Of a stretch of 64,000 nt of DNA, positions 28,253 to 41,927 are shown piece after piece. Within the stretch, counting starts at the first letter, position 1. Each line of letters begins with the position of its first letter. The stretch is from Neocallimastix sp. 'constans' (Eukaryota). Location of the stretch: the NCBI GenBank assembly GCA_050613775.1, contig JBODTK010000012.1, forward strand, positions 806,001-870,000. The letters run 5' to 3'. A program made the translations under genes and the position numbers. The notes beneath the pieces are model-generated. The model made no database searches. It saw only the letters and a program-made list of their open reading frames with translations, and was not told the DNA's origin.

Positions 28253-29452
28253 TTACACTATATGATTATTATTATAGTATTTGTTGTTCGTATAAGTTAT
28301 TTTATTATTGTCAATAATATATGGTTTATCATAATATGTCATATTAGGGTGTTCAGTAACATTAGGTTTATCATAATTTAACATATTTACGTGGTCGATA
28401 AAATTAGATTGATCATAAATTGATTTAGGTGGGTGTTCAATTTTATCATTGGATTTATAATCATATTGTATCATATGATAACTAAATGAACCTTTTGAAG
28501 TATTACGACTTGAATTCTTTTTTGATTCAATATTCTTTTCAACATAAAATCTAAGCATAATTTGATCAATATACATAAAGATATAATTAAAATTAAGAAT
28601 ACGTACACGAATAGGATCAATTACCATATCATTAACATTATCACCCAAATATTTTAATTTTTCATGTTCGCCAAAAGAATAAGCTTTATTTCTTAAATAA
28701 ATAACTTCATAACAAAAACCAAAAATAAATGGAGCACCTATTAAAGTAACAATAATGGAAAGATAAATACGATATTCTGAAATTAACTTAAACTTTTGTA
28801 AAAATGTTTTTCCATTTTGATCATTAAAATTTTTACTATTTAATTTATTGAATACATTATTCTTTAAAGCTATTATAACGGTGATATCATATGCTACACT
28901 AAATATTTGTTGTAAACCAACATCTATCCACTTGTAATATTTATGGGTTGCCATATCTAAAACATATTGATCGCCATGATTTGGGTCATCATTATTATAA
29001 CCTTTACTGAAAGGAACATAAGATAAAAATACATACATTTGAAATATTTTAACTATATTGTATAATAAGCAAGTGATAAAAACCCACTTTATTTTATGCT
29101 TTTTAACTAAAGCTTTTGTTCTTATAAAAAGATACCAATCACCAATTATTTCACTTGAAAACCAAAAGATACTAGCTACACCATAACTATAAAGCCAAGC
29201 TTCATTACTGAATGGCCAGCTTGGATCTTTTTGCTCAAATAAAGTTAAACATGCTTCAAGCATATCACCAATACTTCTAAAAATCCAATGAAATACCATA
29301 AGAATAATAATTGGTCTTTTCCAATTTTTATGTGAGATTAAAAGTACTAAACAAGTCCATACAAAAAATTGACTTGTAATTAATTTAGTAGCAACATCTT
29401 GAATAATGTCTAATCTACTATTTTGGTCTTTAGAGTTAATAATTACTTGCAT
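28253..29452 (-). CDS. Orphan seven-transmembrane (GPCR-like) protein, paralog B
   Basis: 399-aa intronless ORF with seven hydrophobic segments, short N-terminus and polar C-tail carrying three 14-aa repeats. Confidence 0.88.
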   Translation of the reverse strand: MQVIINSKDQNSRLDIIQDVATKLITSQFFVWTCLVLLISHKNWKRPIIILMVFHWIFRSIGDMLEACLTLFEQKDPSWPFSNEAWLYSYGVASIFWFSSEIIGDWYLFIRTKALVKKHKIKWVFITCLLYNIVKIFQMYVFLSYVPFSKGYNNDDPNHGDQYVLDMATHKYYKWIDVGLQQIFSVAYDITVIIALKNNVFNKLNSKNFNDQNGKTFLQKFKLISEYRIYLSIIVTLIGAPFIFGFCYEVIYLRNKAYSFGEHEKLKYLGDNVNDMVIDPIRVRILNFNYIFMYIDQIMLRFYVEKNIESKKNSSRNTSKGSFSYHMIQYDYKSNDKIEHPPKSIYDQSNFIDHVNMLNYDKPNVTEHPNMTYYDKPYIIDNNKITYTNNKYYNNNHIV

Positions 29453-31259
29453 TTTTTTTTTTTAATTAATAGATATATATCTTATTATTACCAGTTTAAT
29501 ATTAAAATAAATTTATTAAATTAAGAAAAATAAATTTTGAATTGTATTTTTTAAATACAGATTTTCTAATTTACTTTATTTACTTTTTTTTTTCTTATAT
29601 ATATATATATATATATAAATAATATATATATATAATGTTGTAATATATCTACTTTTTTACAAATAAATAAATAAATAAGCAAATAAATAATAAATATATA
29701 AAATATAAAAAAAAAAAAAAAAAAAAGAAAGGGTACAAATCAATGTTTATATATAATTTTTTTTTATGTTAAAGATAAAATATATATGATAAAATTAATT
29801 ATAAATTATTATTATTAATTTGAATAATAAGATAGAAAACTTTATTTTATATTAATTCATTAACAAATAATGAAATTTTTATGATATATATTATATAATT
29901 TTATATAACAATATATAATTTTACTTTTAAACCAATAATTTATATGAAATTTATTTTATTTTAGAAAGATACAATTAATTCTGAAACTTTCAATTCTTTA
30001 ATTAGCAATTAAATCTTAATTGAATTATTGATTGCTATCACCAATAAGATTTTTTATATTTTTAAAAATTCATATCTTTATAAATTTAGAACTTAATCAT
30101 TAAACATAAAGTTAATTAAAATAATATTTAATGTAACTTTATTTCTAAATAATTAAAAAAAGTATTTAATTTAACTTTATTATTAAAAGTAAAATTTATC
30201 TTATAATTATTGGAAAGATAAATTAAATTAATTTTAGAAATTCAAATAATTAAAAAAAATTTTTTTTAATATTTATTATTGGAAACATTTTTAATATACT
30301 CTTTTTTTTTTTTTTAAATATTTAATATATTTAATATATTTTATATTAATTATTATTACTATTAAATATATTAAATATTAAAGTTTATTATATATTTTTT
30401 TTATTTAAAAACAATGGTATTTGATAATTAAAAAATTTTTTATTCTTCTTTTTTAATTAATTGTTTAATTTAATTTAATTGACACTTGGTGTTTAATTTT
30501 TTTTTTTTTTTTTAGGGAGGAGATATTATATTATCTATTTATTTTTTATATATATATATATTTTGTTTAATAGAATATTTTAATTTATATAAGGGGTTAT
30601 AAATAAATAAAAAAATATAAAAAATATGAAAATCTTTGTTAATGTAATATTAACATAAAATATAATTAAACATAAGATTTACTTTCACGTAGATTAATGT
30701 TTTAAATTAAATTTACGTTTTAACATAAATTTATTTTTCATATTATTTTTATTCCACTTTTCAATATCATGCCATTATCATAATTAATAAAATTATTTAA
30801 TAAGATTATTAATAAATAAAATATATTAATAATTAAAGTTTTTATTTTTATTTTGTATCAAATAATTATTATTTTAGAATGATAATTATTGTATTTTGTC
30901 ATAATAAAACTATTATTAAATATTATTAAATATAATAAATATTTTTGTTAATAAATACATAATTAAAAAATAAAATAATATGAAATTAAGAAAAGAATTT
31001 TTTATGACAAACAATAATATAATAGATATTATATAATTATAAAATCAAAGAAAAAGAAGTCATTTTTTAGTTCTTTGTAAATTATTATATGTTGATATAT
31101 TTAAAAATAACAAAGACAGTAGTGGATAAAGTTATAATATAAAAATAAAATAAAAATGATAGCTGTGGATAAAAATAAAAATAATATTAACAAAAAATTC
31201 TATATATATTTATCATACATTTAATTACGACTGAAACTTTAGAATAAGTGTAAATGATA

Positions 31260-31910
31260 ATAAAATAGTACTAATAATAATAAAAATTATAGTTATTCTA
31301 CTAAATTACAATACTATTAATAATAGTACTAATACTACTACTAATAATAACAATAAAATTAAACTACTAATAATTATAATATTCCTAATAATAATACTTA
31401 TAAAACTAATAATAATTATAATAAAACTAATAATAATTCTAATTATTATAAAACTAATATTAATAATAAAACTAATAATAATACTAATTATAATAATACT
31501 AATTATTATAAAACTAATAATAATAATAACACTAATTGTTATAAAACTAATATTAATAACAAAACTAATTGTTATAAAACTAATATTAATAACAAAACAA
31601 ATTGTTATAAAACTAATATTAATAACAAAACTAATTATAAAACTAGTAATAATAATATTATTTGTTATAAAACTAATATTAATAACAAAACTAATTATAA
31701 AACTAGTAATAATAATATTATTTCTTATAAAACTAATATTAATAACAAAACTAATTATAAAACTAGTAATAATAATATTATTTGTTATAAATCTAATATT
31801 AATAACAAAACTAATTATAAAACTAATAATAATAATACAAATTATTATTAAACTAGTATTAATAATAAAACTAATAACAATAAATTAATACTAAACTAAT
31901 ACTAATAATA
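31260..31910. repeat. Minisatellite built on aaaactaat; 33-bp and 60-bp higher-order units
   Basis: A 60-bp unit recurs in register on lines 31621, 31681, 31741 and 31801. Confidence 0.9.
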
Positions 31911-32189
31911 TTTGTGATAATTATAATGATAATGAATATGATTATAAAAAAATGATAAAAATAATAATATTTAAAAAAAAAAAAAAGATAATGTATTTGA
32001 TCAAAATGTTTGGAGAGAATAAATATATTAATAGTGTTAAAAATAACAAAAGAAGAAGTGTTTTTAAATATTTTTTAATTAAAAAGAAAATTATTATAAT
32101 TTGCTATATACATTATTCATTTTAAAAATAAATAATAATACATTAATATTTTTAAATGATAAACAACAGCAATAATAATATTAATTATA

Positions 32190-32560
32190 ATTTAATAATA
32201 ATTATTCTAATAATAATTTTAATATATAATAATTCTAAATATAATAATTCTAATAATAATAATTTTAATATATAATAATTCTAAATATAATAATTTTAAT
32301 ATATAATAATTCTAAATATAATAATTTTAATATATAATAATTCTAAATATAATAATTCTAATAATAATATATAATTCTAATAATAATAATTTTAATATAT
32401 AATAATTCTAAATATAATAATTCTAATAATAATAATTCTAATATATAATAATTCTTAATATATAATAATTCTTAATATATATTAATTCTTAATATATAAT
32501 AATTCTTAATATAATAATTCTAATTATTATAATTCTAATTACTATAATTCTAATAATAAT
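32190..32560. repeat. Minisatellite of taataattct(a/t)aata-type units
   Basis: More than 15 degenerate tandem units. Confidence 0.85.
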
Positions 32561-32724
32561 TTATAAGTAAATAATATATAATAAATAAGTAAGTAAATAA
32601 TAAATAATAAATAAATAAATAATAAATAAATAAATAAACAAATAAACAATAAATAAATAAATAAATAAAATTTCAATTAAAATAAAATTTAAGTATATAT
32701 ATATTTAAATTAATACTTTTTGTG

Positions 32725-33107
32725 ATTTAAAGACATTTTCTGAAATATTCTATATACCAGTAATGGATTATTAAATATATTAATTATTCACTTTTGTAGT
32801 ACAGACTAGATACTATATTATATATGGAAGTTTATTATATTTCATTATTATTATTATTATTATTTTTTATATTAATTTAAATTAAAAAAAAAAAAAAAAA
32901 AAGAAAGCATATTAATAATTAGAAAAAAAAAAAAAATAAAAAAAAACATATTAATTTTTAATATAAAGGTATAAAGGTTAAAAAAAATATATATTAATAT
33001 TTAATATAAAAGTGAAGTATGATATTAAATTATAGTATCCAGTCTGTATTAAGTAAGGAAATCATTAATATATTTAATAATCCATAATTACAGAAAAGTC
33101 TTTAAAT
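32725..33107. mobile_element. Foldback/MITE-like element with imperfect inverted arms of about 80-90 bp
   Basis: atttaaagacattttctg / cagaaaagtctttaaat; atggattattaaatatattaat / attaatatatttaataatccat; acagactagatactata / tatagtatccagtctgt, in correct nested order. Confidence 0.75.
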
Positions 33108-33642
33108 AAAATTGATATTAATGTCTTTCATATTAGCCTTAATTTGAGAGAAGTCCTCGTCGACTCAAAAAAATCCATCAAGAGAGACTAGAGGCTATAT
33201 TGCCCTCCCTTCTTGTTAATCCCAGTCTGGAAAAAAAAGTTTGGTACTAAATTATATATTAAACTTTATTATTATATTTTCATTTTTAATTTCTTTTATA
33301 ATAATTGAGAGTAAAGTTAATATAAATTTTTTTTAATTTTTTTAACAAAAAAAAAAAAAAAAAAAAGAATGGGGTTAATAAAAAAATTTTTTTTAAAAGC
33401 TTGTCTTAATGGTAAATTTTTGTTTTTCAATCAATACATGAAATATAATTTTTCAAGAGATTAGAGTTCATTAGATAAAGTATTCTTATACTATCTTATT
33501 ATTAATATTTTAAAAAATCAATCCTTCAGATAACTTTTTTTTCTTTGAATAAAAATTATAAATATTTATATATATATAAGTTTAATATATTTTGTATAAA
33601 AATTTATTATAAATCGATGTTTTATTTATAGTTAATATTAAT

Positions 33643-33673
<31 letters not shown>

Positions 33674-34008
33674 TTTTATAGTAATTTAAATAAAAATTAT
33701 TATTATTATTATTATTTTTTATAGTAATTTAAATTAAAAGTTATTATGAATATTAATTTTTTCAATTAAAAAAAAAAATAAAAATAAAATAAAATAAAAT
33801 AAAAGAAAGCTTAAAGATGCGCAATAGTTTAAATATAAGTGTAATAATCAAATTAATAATAGAATTTAACATGAATAGTTTATAAAATATGTATTAAATT
33901 TTTATTGCTTTAAATTTTTGAAATAAATTATGACTTAAGAATCTCTTTTCCAATTTCAAAAATTAATTTTATTAAGAATATCAACACTAAATAACCATTA
34001 ATATTAGT

Positions 34009-34048
<40 letters not shown>

Positions 34049-34068
34049 TTTTAATTTATTTTATTTTT

Positions 34069-34400
34069 ATTAATACTTTACTCTTTTATATTACTTCACT
34101 ATTTATTTTATTTTATTTTATTTTATTTTTTTTTATTAATACTTTACTCTTTTATATTACTTCACTATTTATTTTATTTTATTTTATTTTATTTTTTTTT
34201 ATTAATACTTTACTCTTTTATATTACTTCACTATTTTATTTTATTTTATTTTATTTTATTTTTATTAATACTTTACTCTTTTATATTACTTCACTATTTT
34301 ATTTTATTTTATTTTATTTTTATTAATACTTTACTTTTTTATATTACTTCACTATTTATTTTATTTTATTTTATTTTATTTTATTTAATTTTATTTTATT
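34069..34400. repeat. Five tandem 58-66 bp units (attaatactttactcttttatattacttcactat + (tttta)n); member of a dispersed family
   Basis: Units near 34069, 34135, 34201, 34264, 34322; single copies near 40335 and 52700, inverted near 54112-54150. Confidence 0.9.
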
Positions 34401-34503
34401 TAATCTATACTTATATTTATATTAAATATTCTACTATTTATTTTATTTTATTTTATTCAATCTGTACTTTATATTCATATTTCAACTATTTATTTTATAA
34501 TTT

Positions 34504-34596
34504 TTCATTTCATGTATTTTATTTTTCATTTAAATCATGTAATTTTATTATTATTATAAATTAAATAAAGTTATTCTCTAAGTCTATAAAAAAAAA
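34504..34596 (+). mobile_element. Solo 3' tail of the outer LINE family
   Basis: Near-identical to 2886-2990: ttcatttcatgtatttt...aaatcatgtaattttattattattataaattaaataaagttattctctaagtcta plus an A-run. Confidence 0.88.
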
Positions 34597-35169
34597 TCAA
34601 TCTGCACTTTATTTTCATATTCTACTATTTGTTTTATTTTATTTTACTCAATCTTTACATATTTTATTTAAAAAATTAAATTTAATTATATAGAGTAAAA
34701 CTGCATAAATTTTAATCAAATTTTATCTTTTAAAAAGAAATGAATTGAAAATTTTTGACATTAAAAAATAATAAAAAAAATTAGTAATAGAAAAAATAAA
34801 TAGTAATAAAAAAAATAATAAAAAAAAAAATAAAAAATAAATGATAAAAAAAATTTTTATAAATAAGTAAATGAAATTATTTATAATATTAATAAAAAAT
34901 TTTTTTTATTTTTATTTAAACATCATTTATATTTACTGTAAAATAAATACATTAGAATAATTTAAATTTATTACAATTTGATAAATTCATAAATTTAGGT
35001 AATACAAATCAGAAATAAAAATATAATCTCAAATATATATTATATTTTTTTAATATTTATCTTTCATTATTTTTCAATACATTTCTTTCTCTTAAAACAA
35101 AAATCTATTTTTATTTCAAGTTTTCTATTTAATGATTAGAAGATTCATATATCATAGGTACTGTTTATC

Positions 35170-38100
35170 GCAATCGCTGACGCTGTAATACTTTGATTCT
35201 ACAGTGGAGGCCACAACTACATGTTGTAACTTTAAATACCAACTGGTCGAGTAATAGCCTATCATTATCAAGAAACCAGATGTAGCTTTTCTCATATCTA
35301 GAACAAGCCACATTTTTAGTATAAATAAATGTAAATTTCATTATGTTAAACATTGCTAATCAACTGTTTATATTTACTCATAAAAAACAGGAGAGTTGCA
35401 TTTCCCCAGATTGCATTTCGACAAGTGGTTTATTGATATAAATAAATGAATGAATAAATAAATAAAAATTCAAAATAATTTTTTTTTAAATTTGTTTTTA
35501 TTATATTTTATAATTAATTATAGATATTTTTTAATATTTTGTAAAATAATAATAAAATAATTATTAATTATATTTAATTATAAAAATATATTTAATTATA
35601 AAGATATATTTTAATATTTTGTAAAATAGTAATAATTATTTATAATATTTAATTATAAAAATATATTTAATTGATATATTATCATAATAGTTCCAATTTT
35701 CAGTTTCAAAGCTAATTAAATAGGTTTTTTTAAAATATTCTAAAAATTCTAAAAATTGAACATAATTATGTTCTTGGCACTCACTTTTTATTTTACTATA
35801 AATATCATATATATATTCAGGATTAATAAAAGGAAAGTTCGAAATATTATTATAATAAATATATAAATCTTTTATTTTTTCAACTTTATTACCACATAAT
35901 TCTTTTTTTTTTAAAATCTGTAATGCTCTTTTAAAATGCCATATACAATATTTAATATTTACATTAATAAAAACTTTTTCTGCAGCATTAGATATAGTTT
36001 TTTTCAAAATCGCAATGAAATATTTTTGGTGTAATTTCAATACTGTTATATTTATTAGAATTTTTTTTTTTTTATTTCTTCAAATAATATTTTCATAAGT
36101 TATATGCTTTTTATTTTTTAATATAAAAAAGGAAGTAGTGTAAAAACAATTTAATTCTGTAACATAGGTTCTAGTTATGAATACTTGATAACTAAATATA
36201 GGTGCAATATAAAATGTGCCATCCGCAAAAATATGTTTATTTTTAGAAAATAATTCTGCTTGGAATGGAGATTGAAAAACAATTAAATCATTGTTTTTGA
36301 ATATCATAAAAATTTCATCCCTTTTTGTTTTATAATATTTTGATTCGTTGGGAATTTCATCAAATGTTGTTATATCAGGAGGTAGCTATTTTCTTCTACT
36401 TCTTGTTACTTGGGATTTAATTGAATTATATCCAGGACATATAAGACCCATATCTTGAGTAATGTCATCATATTTACGTTTTATATATACATTAAATGGA
36501 ATTGAACTATTTGAAATTTCATCTTTAATTTTTTTTTTTGCAATTGATTTAGCTGCTCCAAATTTATTTTCAAGATAATTATGTGAGTCATCATATTCTA
36601 AGATTTGATTCTCATTATTTAAAATAGTGAAAGATGGACATTTATTTAATGTTTTATATTCAGCACATTTATTTTTTTTGAATCGTTTTTCCTTTTTGGA
36701 TGAAAGATTAAACTTATATTTTCTGTTTAAAATAATTTGTTCTTTTCCTCTATTAGTTTTGCTTATTTTCAATTTCTGGATTTTTCTCCATTTTTTTTTT
36801 TTAATAAAAGTTTCCAATTAAATATTTTAATGATTAATTTTAATATTATATATTTTTAATTATATATATATTTTAAATTAAGATTAATTATCCAAATCTT
36901 ATTTCTTAATTCTTCTATATTTTAAATATTTTAAATAATTCCTTTTTTTTTTTAGTGTTAACTGATAAATATAAAGTATTTATGAGATTATTATATTTTT
37001 TATTATAATATAGTATAAAAATTTTTATATTATTATATTTATTTTTATATTTAATAACTATTATAATTTTCATCGTTATTATAAAAATATCATTATTGAT
37101 GTTTCTTTATTATTGCTACAGTTTATATTATTAATTTATTATTTATTATATGTTATATATTATTTATTATTAATTTATAAAATACTGTAAGAAAAACTTT
37201 TTTACGTTTTTCTAAAGTAGGTAAATATTATTTTTATTAATTCATTTATATATATATTTGTAAATAATAATAATAATTATTATTTACAATTTAATCGTCA
37301 TTATTATTATTAATGACAATCCTTTTATAATTATAACAATACTATTTATATTATTATTATTTTTTTTATCATTTATTATTTATCAATTATTTATTATTTA
37401 TTTATTTAAGCAGATATTTATAATATTAGTATTATTTTTATTAATTCATTTATATATATATTTGTAAATAATAATAATTATTATTTATAATTTTAATAGT
37501 CATTATTATTATTAATGACAATCCTTTTATAATTATTATTATATTGTTTATTTTATTATTATTTTTTATTTATTATTTATCAATTATTTATTATTTATTT
37601 ATTTAAAGAGATATTTGTAAAGATATTTATATATGAAAAAAATTTTTTTAATATTTAAATATTTAATTCAAAAATATAAATACATCAATATTAATAATAT
37701 TTAATTTTATTTATTTATTTATTTAATTATTTAATAGTTTTCAATTTGGCGAAATGCCCCACTCCCATAAATAACCTTATTAATAAAACTTCATATTCAA
37801 TAATAGATTAAGAGTCTCATTGACTCTCTAGGATTCTCTAAAAGATGAGTCCTAAGCCGGACATAAATTATATCAAGAAGAAAGTTGTTGGAATTGAAGA
37901 ATGCCTAATACTCTATTCCATAACGGTGTGAAAATCTAATCTTTAGAAAATCTGAAAATCAAGATATTGAAACATCGAAATTTTAGGTGATAGTGTAATG
38001 CCTTCATATAATTGTAATGATTCCATCCACAATGATATAACACTTTCTTTGAAAAGGTTTCATTATTATTATGATGACCTTAATTCATCATACATTACAA

Positions 38101-38260
38101 ATCAACATTCAAGAAATGTTAAGACACCGACTTATTTATTGGAGGTGAGATAATTGGACTCCTTATGTCACCACTTAAAAGAAAGAGAGTGATTGTCGAT
38201 AGATTGGTTCATATTTCCAATCGACTGAGCTGACATCATACAGTAAAAATGTGATTATCA
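35170..38260 (+). mobile_element. Highly decayed Ty1/Copia RT-RNase H remnant split by the MULE (35170-35388 and 37767-38260)
   Basis: aaa cca gat gta gct ttt ctc ata tct aga = KPDVAFLISR (resembles RPDIAFAVS) left of the MULE. Right of it: gtg tga aaa tct aat ctt tag (resembles WKSxxQ with nonsense changes), gag gtg aga (EVR) and gct gac atc (ADI), in Copia order. Confidence 0.55.
35389..37766 (-). mobile_element. Mutator-like DNA transposon, frameshifted and C-terminally truncated transposase, TIRs and 9-bp TSD
   Basis: TIRs AGGAGAGTTGCATTTCCCCAGATTG vs (reverse complement) GGGAGTGGGGCATTTCGCCAAATTG, 19/25; TSD ATAAAAAAC (35380-35388) / ATAAATAAC (37767-37775); IFADGTF, FHCDFE (shifted frame), CIWHF, NFPFINPEY. 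Confidence 0.93.
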
Positions 38261-39239
38261 ATATTAATTATTAACTGATGATGAATTTAACATAATATAA
38301 TACTTTTTATGAAAAGTTTTGTTCAAATTAATCATTCAATTTTCATTTTTTTAATCATTCAAATATAAATATTTGTTCCTGAATTTTTAGATTTGAGGGG
38401 GAATAATGATTATATGTAAAAATTTAATTAAGAACAAAAAAAATTGTTAGGATATCATTTAGTAACTAAGATTTATCTCATAGAAAAGGAGATTTAAAAT
38501 ATCAAAAGAAGAAAACGTAAATAGAAATTTACATATAAGACTAATATTTCTCAAGATACTAAAATGATTAAATTATACAATTGCATATTAAAATAACCTA
38601 ATAGTGAAAATTAAAATAAAATTAACCTACAAGAAAAAATTAATTGAAATATGGAATTTTTATCAATTATGAAACATTTTATATTATTTATTAATAAGTT
38701 TAAATGACTAAAATAACATAATTAATTATAAATGAAATCAATTTTAATACCCCAAGATTATAATTTATCAAATACACCATATACATTTAAAAGAAAAAAA
38801 AGAAACAATTAGAAAGTGAATATATATATATTAAAGGAAATAATTAGAAAATAAATAAATATATGTATAAAATAATTGGAAATAATTAAAAAATAAAAAA
38901 ATAAATATAAATATAATATAATAAAAAATGTTGCTTTCAAAAATAAAATGTAGAAGGATTGTCAAAAAAGAATTTTTTTTTATTTCGGGTGTGTATTTTA
39001 AAATACTTTTTTTTTATTTTCGGAGCAATGGAAATATTGATAGTTTTGATAATTCATTAATCAATATAGGTTTTATAGCTTATTTAACTATAATCATGAT
39101 AGTTTTTTAATTTAATGATCACATGACTTATATATTATAAACAGTGTAGTTTTAGCATATATTTTATACAAAAAGTACCTCTGTAACATATGTATTAAAT
39201 AAATAAAATCAATAATATTTAAATAAATATTTATGTTAA

Positions 39240-39276
<37 letters not shown>

Positions 39277-40514
39277 TGTGGTAGTCACAGACTTCCTTTT
39301 TATATAGGCAGAGTTGTTCCTACTGGACGACCTTACTGAGTGTTTCAGCTTTGGAGCTCTGACATACATGTTATTGCTGAGAACTTTACTAGTACTACTT
39401 CTCCGATTGCTTCTCCAGTTCGTAATTTCCCTTTGAAACGAAGTCTAGTATAACCTAACCCATAGAGTTTCGTACTATTGCATAATTGTCAGAAATATTG
39501 CAATTTAGATGAATATATCAATATGGATATATGAAATCATGTACTCTACCCTCTCAATTAGTTCAGTATCTATTCTTATATTATATATAAGGGGGACATA
39601 CTTATCTGTAACCTTAATCACCATATTCCCTAGAAACCTCTTGTGAGAAAATTTGGAAAATGGTCACAGGAGAGGAGCCTTATGTATGATAGCTCACGGA
39701 CTAATAACCAAGGATAGAACCTAGTTCAGGATTGTCAAAAAGAAATATCATTATGTGGCTTTTTTATTGAATTTAATATTTTCTTTTCCTAATTTCTTCT
39801 AAAATTAATTTTTTCTTTAAGTATAAATTAAAATATTTAAAGAATTTCGTCTTCAAAATTATTAATAAATTGTAATAAAGATATTAAGATTTATTATTAT
39901 TAAGTCTATTTAAATTTATTATGATGTATAAAAATAAAATCTATTTTTAAATATTTTTTTAGTATTTATGTTTGATTTAAATATTTCATCGGGTATTTTT
40001 ATTATTTATATATTACCTATATTTTAGACAGTGAATTATTATATATTTAATATTTTAATTATTATATGCTTGACCAAATAAATTGTAAATTCTTCAGAGA
40101 AAAATTTTAAAGAAACTATTAAAATACTTACTCAAAAGTATAACGTGTTTTATGCTTGTTTTGATTTGCTTTTCATTTTATTGGAGTAAAAATACTTTAT
40201 TTTTATTTTTATCTGTATAAAAATTTATATTAAACCAATACTTTATATCTGTAAAATAAAAGTATTTAGAATTAAAAAAAAAAAAAAAAAATAAATATTT
40301 AAATAAAATAATACACCGGTGGCTAAGTTATGTTTTTTATATTACTTCACTATTTATTTTATTTTATTTTATTTTATTTTAAAAATATTTAATTTTTTAT
40401 TTAAGTTCATAATCAAAATATGCAATTTTATCATTATCATTATTCATATTTCCATTATTATTTTCTTCATGATTTCTATATGTCATAACAATTTTCTGCT
40501 AATATTTGTTTTAT

Positions 40515-40554
<40 letters not shown>

Positions 40555-40922
40555 ACACCAGTAACTGATGAAATAAGTAAAAGTAAGGATTTTAAGAAAA
40601 AATTTATGATGAATCCGAAAAAAAAATAAAGTAATTCAAATAGTATTATTATTCAAAAAAAAAAAATTTTTTTATTTATTCTATTACTTATCCCTGATAA
40701 ATTTCTCATTCCTCTCAAATGGCCATTATTTATACATAGATCTGAAGTTTGTCAAATTATCAGTATTGATAATGGAGAAACCTTCAAATACATATAAGAC
40801 AGTATAAATTACAATACTCTATATTTTTTTTAATTTATTTATCCATATAATTTGATTATTTCATCATTTTTAATAAAAAATAAAAAAAATAATTTCAAAT
40901 AAAAAAAAAGAATTCATAATTC

Positions 40923-41072
<150 letters not shown>

Positions 41073-41477
41073 TATTAATATTGATTGTTGTAAAAAGTTA
41101 ATAAATAAACTTTATATTTAATTAGATTAATATATTTTATTTATATTTTGCCGTTTGCCATTGTGTTTCTACGGATATACAGCTGGGGAGAAATCCTGCT
41201 ACGGTCGTTAAAAAAAAAAAAATATATTTTGTCATTTAATATTTTAAATAATAGTAGAAAGTAATATCTCCTGAATTGAGTCAGTATCTTTAAATCGTTG
41301 GCATAATCTTTTATTAAATTAAAAAAGAAAGAACCAGTAACTTACATTTGTGATGTAAATTTCGTTCCTTTGAAAGATTATTAGATTATTATAATTATTA
41401 TTCAATATGATTTTTCAACTCTCTATTTGTTTCAATTTTTTTATTATTTAATTAGTTTGTCTTAAGCAAGTTAATTT

Positions 41478-41516
<39 letters not shown>

Positions 41517-41927
41517 ATTTATATATTAAAATATATATATATTATATATATATATATTTTTTTTGGTAAAATTAATTAAATTAATAAAAATTAAATTTTA
41601 TTATTTTTTTTTTATAAAATAAAATAAAAAAAATATTATTACACTCTTCATTTAATTGAAATTTCTATTGTTATATTTTTGTTAATTTTTTAAAACATTA
41701 ATAATCTATTTATTTTTATTTTTACATTTTTATTTAATTTAGTTTATTTAATTATAATATATTTATTTATTTTTTTGTACAATTATTTAATATATAATAA
41801 TCAAATATTAATAATAATCATAAATTTATATTTATTTAATTCTATATCTAATAATAATAGAATAAAAGAACAAAAAGAAAATAATAAAATACAAAAACTC
41901 TATTAAATCTATTAATGATAATATATA

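Noticed and set aside
40565..40620. CTGATGA...CGAAA as a hammerhead ribozyme
   Set aside because: Stem II does not close next to CTGATGA, and stems I and III cannot be formed.
40680..40800. Slightly GC-richer patch as a gene fragment
   Set aside because: No recognisable motif in the frames I read, and stops interrupt them.
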